In this document: one piece after another, positions 57,078 through 64,000 of the stretch
Layout: the number at the start of each line of letters is the position of its first letter
Position numbering within the stretch: the first letter of the stretch is position 1
Virus record (IMG/VR): IMGVR_UViG_3300007754_000852
Length of the DNA stretch: 64,000 nt
Origin: a virus
Taxonomy: Duplodnaviria; Caudoviricetes
Strand: one strand, 5' to 3'
The notes under the pieces: generated by a model
Told to the model about the DNA's origin: nothing
The model's database searches: none
The model's input: only the letters and a program-made list of their open reading frames with translations
Program-made: the position numbers and the translations under genes

Positions 57078-58050
57078 ACTTTGCCTCTTTTTTAGCAAGC
57101 TTAAGATCATGCTCATACATCATTTCTGCAAGATTTTTAAATGATACCTTTGGCTTCCACTTGAGATTTGATCTTGCCTTATGTGCATCACCTTCAAGAT
57201 GTGGAACCTCTTGCGGTCTAAATAATCTTTTCTTTATCACAAGATGATCATCAACATCCAGACCAGCAAGGCTAAAAACTTCTTCTAAAAACTCTCTAAC
57301 TGTATGTGTTTCACCAGTAGCTATCACATAATCATCTGGTTCATCTTGCTGGAGCATTAGCCACATTGCCTCAACGTAATCTCCGGCAAATCCCCAATCT
57401 CTCTTAGCGTCAAGATTTCCTAGCTCTATCTTTTGTTGCAATCCCATCTTTATTCTTGCTGCTGCAAGTGTGATCTTCCTTGTTACAAAAGTCTCTCCTC
57501 TCCTGGGAGACTCATGATTAAAGAGAATTCCAGACGATATGTGCATATCATAAGCGTTTCGATAATTTCTAACAAGATGATGTGCAAATACCTTTGAACA
57601 TGCATAAGGAGATGCAGGTGACAGTATTGTTTCTTCATTTTGAGGAACCTCCGGATTATCACCAAACATTTCAGATGATGATGCCTGGTATACCTTTACA
57701 TCCGATAACATTAGAAGACATGCATCTAGAATGTTAAGAGTTCCTAGTGCAACAGTCTTAAGTGTCTCTTCCGGAACATCAAATGATACTCTAACATGTG
57801 ACTGTGCAGCTAGGTTGTATATCTCATCAGGCTGATATTCTTTTAGAAGATAATATAGCCTTCCTACATCATGAACATTTCCATACACTAAATTAAATCT
57901 ATCATTATCTAAAAGATGATCAATTCTATCAGTGCAGATTGTCGACGTTCTTCTCTTCATGCCAGTCACCTCATACCCTTTATCTAAGAGTAATTCAGCA
58001 AGATATGAGCCATCTTGACCAGTTATGCCTGTAATTAATGCTGTTTTCAT
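57064..58050 (-). CDS. gmd: GDP-mannose 4,6-dehydratase (copy 1)
   Basis: TGITGQDGSYL, LAAQSHV, YQASSSEMFG, SPYACSK, FNHESPRRG, RDWG. Confidence 0.96.
   Translation of the reverse strand: MKTALITGITGQDGSYLAELLLDKGYEVTGMKRRTSTICTDRIDHLLDNDRFNLVYGNVHDVGRLYYLLKEYQPDEIYNLAAQSHVRVSFDVPEETLKTVALGTLNILDACLLMLSDVKVYQASSSEMFGDNPEVPQNEETILSPASPYACSKVFAHHLVRNYRNAYDMHISSGILFNHESPRRGETFVTRKITLAAARIKMGLQQKIELGNLDAKRDWGFAGDYVEAMWLMLQQDEPDDYVIATGETHTVREFLEEVFSLAGLDVDDHLVIKKRLFRPQEVPHLEGDAHKARSNLKWKPKVSFKNLAEMMYEHDLKLAKKEAKYGKV
57320..57381. repeat. 62-bp perfect direct repeat, copy in gmd-1
   Basis: gctatcacataatcatctggttcatcttgctggagcattagccacattgcctcaacgtaatc is identical to 63567-63628. Confidence 0.95.
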
Positions 58051-58952
58051 TTTAAATTATTCTCTATGTACCAATCATATGTTTTTTTTGCTCCAACAGA
58101 AAACGGTGTGAAACAAAAGTTTTTATCTAAAAGATTCAAAAGCTCACTATTGCTTCCATCCTTTCTAAATTGACCGTCTAAATTTCCGTTAAATGATATT
58201 TTTATATCTTTACCTGATATCTTAATAATAATTTTTGCCATCTCTAAAACTGATAGATTTTCATCTGGTGAGACTATTATCGGAATGTCTGACTTGTGAT
58301 TCACTAAAAGCTCTGGAATAATTCTACAGAGATCTGTTACATATAGCTGCTGTCTCAACGGCTTTCCTGTTCCCCATAGCTCAATCGTATCTCCGCTTTT
58401 GGACTTAGCAATTTTAGAAATTAATGAAGGGACAAAGTGAGATGACTCTGAGTCGAAGTGATCATCAGGGCCATATATGTTTGACGGACAAAATGTAGAA
58501 TATTCTACATCATGCTGACTTCTATATGATAATGTTTGAATGTATAACATTCTCTTGCTATATCCATATGAAAAATTTGTCTTTGCTGGTGGTCCAGCAA
58601 GAATATCACTTTCTGTAAATGGGTATGATCTCACAACATCTGGAAAAGCACACGTGCTTAAAGATGACAACAGTCTTTTGACACCTAGTTTATGTGCATT
58701 ATGGATAATGTTTGTATTGATCATAACGTTCTTATGAAAAAACGTCGCCTGATTCTCGAAATTATCTTTAATTCCTCCCACTCTTGCTGCAAGATGAACA
58801 ACTGCATCTGGGCGTGTGTCAAGAAACATCTGTCTTGTTGAATCATCACTAGTTAGATCATAATCTTTAGAAGAAACATACACCCAATCAGGATTGCTCT
58901 TTTTTAGGTTTTTACCTACAAAGCCATTTCCACCTGTAACAAGAACTTTCAT
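58047..58952 (-). CDS. fcl: GDP-L-fucose synthase family (Fcl/ColC-like epimerase-reductase)
   Basis: TGGNGFVG, HLAARVGGI, LSTCAFP, YGYSKR, NIYGP, HFVPSLI, WGTGKPLRQ. Confidence 0.9.
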   Translation of the reverse strand: MKVLVTGGNGFVGKNLKKSNPDWVYVSSKDYDLTSDDSTRQMFLDTRPDAVVHLAARVGGIKDNFENQATFFHKNVMINTNIIHNAHKLGVKRLLSSLSTCAFPDVVRSYPFTESDILAGPPAKTNFSYGYSKRMLYIQTLSYRSQHDVEYSTFCPSNIYGPDDHFDSESSHFVPSLISKIAKSKSGDTIELWGTGKPLRQQLYVTDLCRIIPELLVNHKSDIPIIVSPDENLSVLEMAKIIIKISGKDIKISFNGNLDGQFRKDGSNSELLNLLDKNFCFTPFSVGAKKTYDWYIENNLK

Positions 58953-60097
58953 AATGATCCTAAGATAATCGTACTAACAAAGTCTATATCTTTCTTGTCT
59001 AGTTTATCGTGACACGGAATATAAAATCCACTATTATGAACATTGAGAGCATTAGGAACATCTCTCTTTTTAATATTCCAAAAAGGTTGCTCCTGGATGC
59101 AACCACAGATTAAAGGTCTACACTCTACGTTATTTCTTATCAGATTATATACTATTCTTTCTCTATTTTCACTTATTATTCCAAACCCAAGGCTTGACAC
59201 TATATCACTATCGCTCTTTTGTATCCACACCTTTTCATCTAAATTCTTTCTATATAGCTGATAACAGTTATTTCTATTTTTAACATTGTCATCTAATTTT
59301 TTTAACTGCATTCTACCAACAAATGCGCTTAAATCAGTTGATCTTAAGTTCATTCCAGGATATACGAATGTAAACAAGCTATCAAAATCACTAATATTGT
59401 TATCTGCTAGGTGTTTTTTTCTAACATCTTCATCCATATCTCTTGTCCACCCATGAGATCTTATTGACACAAGAATGTTCTTTAAAGCATCGTCATCTGT
59501 AGAGACCATGCCACCTTCAATTGTTGACATGTGATGTCCAAAATAGAATGAAAATGAGCTCATGAGACCGAAATTTCCAACCTTTTTACTGTTATATGTC
59601 GTGCCATAAGCCTCACAGCAATCTTCTAAAAGAATCACATCATATTTTTTGCATATTCTTAAAATTTCACTCATGTTGTTTGAATGTCCCAAAACATGAA
59701 CAACTATTGCAACTGCAGGTTTTTCTTCTTTACAAATTTTTTCAAAATCTGACACTGATAATCCTAAATTATCGACATCACAGTCACAAATAATGGGATC
59801 ATACCCAAGCAAAATCGCCGGTGACACAGTTGTGACCCAGCTAATTGAAGGAACAACAACTTTTTTATTTTTAAGCATGCCAGAATATAGAAGGGAGTGA
59901 AACATTAAAAAATTTGCTGATGATCCTGAATTTACAAATATTGAACTTTTTCTATTTTGCCACTGACTCCACTCACTTTCAAAACCAATTGTCTCCTGCC
60001 CCTTTGTAAGCCTTGGATTTGTTGATAGCCAGGTTATTAAGCTATCAATATCTGACTTATCAATCGTATCTTTGACTAGATCAATTTTTTTATTCAT
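58949..60097 (-). CDS. colD: PLP-dependent GDP-4-keto-6-deoxymannose 3-dehydratase (ColD-like, DegT/DnrJ family)
   Basis: VNSGSSAN, SWVTT, EDCCEA, and SFYFGHHMSTIEGG with His where the aminotransferases have the Schiff-base Lys. Confidence 0.75.
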   Translation of the reverse strand: MNKKIDLVKDTIDKSDIDSLITWLSTNPRLTKGQETIGFESEWSQWQNRKSSIFVNSGSSANFLMFHSLLYSGMLKNKKVVVPSISWVTTVSPAILLGYDPIICDCDVDNLGLSVSDFEKICKEEKPAVAIVVHVLGHSNNMSEILRICKKYDVILLEDCCEAYGTTYNSKKVGNFGLMSSFSFYFGHHMSTIEGGMVSTDDDALKNILVSIRSHGWTRDMDEDVRKKHLADNNISDFDSLFTFVYPGMNLRSTDLSAFVGRMQLKKLDDNVKNRNNCYQLYRKNLDEKVWIQKSDSDIVSSLGFGIISENRERIVYNLIRNNVECRPLICGCIQEQPFWNIKKRDVPNALNVHNSGFYIPCHDKLDKKDIDFVSTIILGSL

Positions 60098-60808
60098 TTA
60101 GCTCGCCAGCTCCTCAATAAAGCAAAAATTAAACTCTTTGCTTGTTAAAAATTTAATTAATTCATCAGTGTGATTATCACTAAGATAATTTTTGTCCCAC
60201 TCACATGCATGATATACTATTTCAGTATTTTCATATGCCATTAGCTCTTTGTTTGGAGGATAGCAGTTTGCATATACGACGTTTTTAAAAAGCTTATCAT
60301 GCCCATCATAGCACTTTAATGCATATTCTTCTTCAATCAGAGCGAGTGTTCTTATTCCTATTTTTTTACATGCATCAAATGATCCAGGTGACATTCTCCA
60401 TGCAGGCGGTCTAAATATAGGTTTAAACTTATCAAACAGCCCTGCTCGCTTTACAACTTCAAACATTTTTTCAAGTACATGTTCAGCATCCTCGCTAGAA
60501 AGATCTCTAAATTCATCATTGTCAGAAATTCCAGGAATTCCATGATAAAATCCATGATAGCATATTTCAAAATTTCTATCTGGTAAGCCCATTAGGTCTT
60601 TACAAAAATTTGAAAAGAGATTTATTTGAAATGGTCTTTCTGATGATACGCCTGGCGTCATTGTTCTCCAATATGACACCGGTACAAATAAACTAAACTT
60701 TACATCTGGAAACTTGTCAATTACTCTATTACATTTTTCAATAACTGCAATTGATGACATGGGATGAGGAGATACATCATCTATGCTTATGTTTAAGTTA
60801 AATTGCAT
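60098..60808 (-). CDS. Polysaccharide deacetylase-like protein
   Basis: ISIDDVSP, CYHGFYH, FRPPAW, VYHA. Confidence 0.75.
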   Translation of the reverse strand: MQFNLNISIDDVSPHPMSSIAVIEKCNRVIDKFPDVKFSLFVPVSYWRTMTPGVSSERPFQINLFSNFCKDLMGLPDRNFEICYHGFYHGIPGISDNDEFRDLSSEDAEHVLEKMFEVVKRAGLFDKFKPIFRPPAWRMSPGSFDACKKIGIRTLALIEEEYALKCYDGHDKLFKNVVYANCYPPNKELMAYENTEIVYHACEWDKNYLSDNHTDELIKFLTSKEFNFCFIEELAS

Positions 60809-61695
60809 ATGATCTTTCCATATTCATCTATGACATCGTCAATTGTTCTAGTATAAGACATTAACCTTTGTCTATACTTGTCATACTCACAAAACACATG
60901 ATTGATTGACTGAATGAGAGACTCATTGTCGTCAAACGATCTTCCGTAGCCTTCACAATACTCTGGTATACTTCCACCGTTTTCATGATAGACAACAGGT
61001 AAGCCTGCTGCCATTGCCTCAAGAACATGATTAGCCCCTGCTTCCTCAACTGATGCCGTTAGATATATTCCTCCATGAAAAAGAAGCCTAGAGACTTCTT
61101 TCATAGGCTGTGGCGGAACGTGAGCAGCGTTTTTAAATGAAAATTTATCAGGAAGTCTTCCAATGAACGTGAAATTAAAGCTTAAATTTTCATCAATGAA
61201 CTCATAAACATCAAATCCTTTTTTTTGATTTGTTGACCAGTGATGTGTTATAAGCGAAATAGATTCAGGATTTGATATAGAGTTTCTATTGCCATAAAAA
61301 ATACTATGTGGACCGTTTTTGATGACTGCACAATTATCACCGTCATACATCATCATGTTTTTTGCCCAGGTGCTTGGAAAGATTATAAAGTCAGAAAGTC
61401 TTATTGACTCACTTACGAGCCTAGTCAAATCTGGCTTTCCGTGAGTCCCAATATCTCCAACCCTTTGAATTATCTTTGATCCAAACTGCCTCTTATGATT
61501 AAGAAAGTCACCATACCAGACATTATTGCTGTCAGGTCTAGGGTCGAAGCAAAAAATTATGTCTACATCGGCGTCAAGTGTATCAGAAACTATATAATCG
61601 TTATCTTTAAGATAGTCATACAGACAAGATACGAATTTATTTCCGCCGCCCCAGGGACCTGTTACAGACTTTCTATTTATAAAAACTTTATTCAT
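60793..61695 (-). CDS. Glycosyltransferase, GT4/GT-B family
   Basis: WGGGN..., IFPSTW, SVEEAGANHVLEAMAAGLPVVY. Confidence 0.85.
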   Translation of the reverse strand: MNKVFINRKSVTGPWGGGNKFVSCLYDYLKDNDYIVSDTLDADVDIIFCFDPRPDSNNVWYGDFLNHKRQFGSKIIQRVGDIGTHGKPDLTRLVSESIRLSDFIIFPSTWAKNMMMYDGDNCAVIKNGPHSIFYGNRNSISNPESISLITHHWSTNQKKGFDVYEFIDENLSFNFTFIGRLPDKFSFKNAAHVPPQPMKEVSRLLFHGGIYLTASVEEAGANHVLEAMAAGLPVVYHENGGSIPEYCEGYGRSFDDNESLIQSINHVFCEYDKYRQRLMSYTRTIDDVIDEYGKIICNLT

Positions 61696-61697
61696 TT

Positions 61698-64000
<2,303 letters not shown>

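Noticed and set aside
596-59793. Numerous plus-strand ORFs and short alternative-frame minus-strand ORFs in the ORF track
   Set aside because: All overlap long, motif-bearing minus-strand genes, have low-complexity S/L/I-rich antisense composition and show no recognisable motifs; they are shadow ORFs.
58949-60097. Call as a perosamine synthase or generic aminotransferase
   Set aside because: The catalytic Lys position is His (GHHMST), which fits ColD/E1-type dehydratases.

Overview
This is a 64-kb segment of a large (probably jumbo) T4-like myovirus genome (Caudoviricetes). It is almost fully coding, every credible gene is on the minus strand, the genetic code is standard, and SD-type RBSs (AGGAG/GAGG) precede many starts. 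In transcription order (high to low coordinate) there are four blocks. (1) A ~17.5-kb glycan island (46.5-64 kb): two GDP-mannose 4,6-dehydratases, a ColD-type dehydratase and a GDP-fucose/colitose synthase, a carbamoyltransferase, a deacetylase, methyltransferases, a nonulosonic-acid module (NeuA, NeuB, HAD phosphatase, Gfo/Idh/MocA, SDR, GT42/Maf-like transferase), a short UDP-glucose dehydrogenase, three GT4 glycosyltransferases and a Cas4-like nuclease. (2) A sigma-like factor and a ~29-kb baseplate/tail block with gp5-, gp25- and gp6-like genes and many large orphan proteins strikingly rich in [S/T]-G-S. (3) RuvC, primase and a fused SbcD-SbcC. (4) A head block: terminase large subunit, a portal split by three inteins, a prohead protease with one intein, and small head-associated proteins. 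The leading hypothesis is a self-contained phage virion-glycosylation system (nonulosonic acid plus colitose/fucose) acting on [S/T]GS-rich tail/baseplate proteins, with a 6.2-kb glycan cassette bracketed by a 62-bp perfect repeat inside the two gmd paralogs that could allow glycan switching. All functional calls come from motif recognition by eye; no database searches were run.
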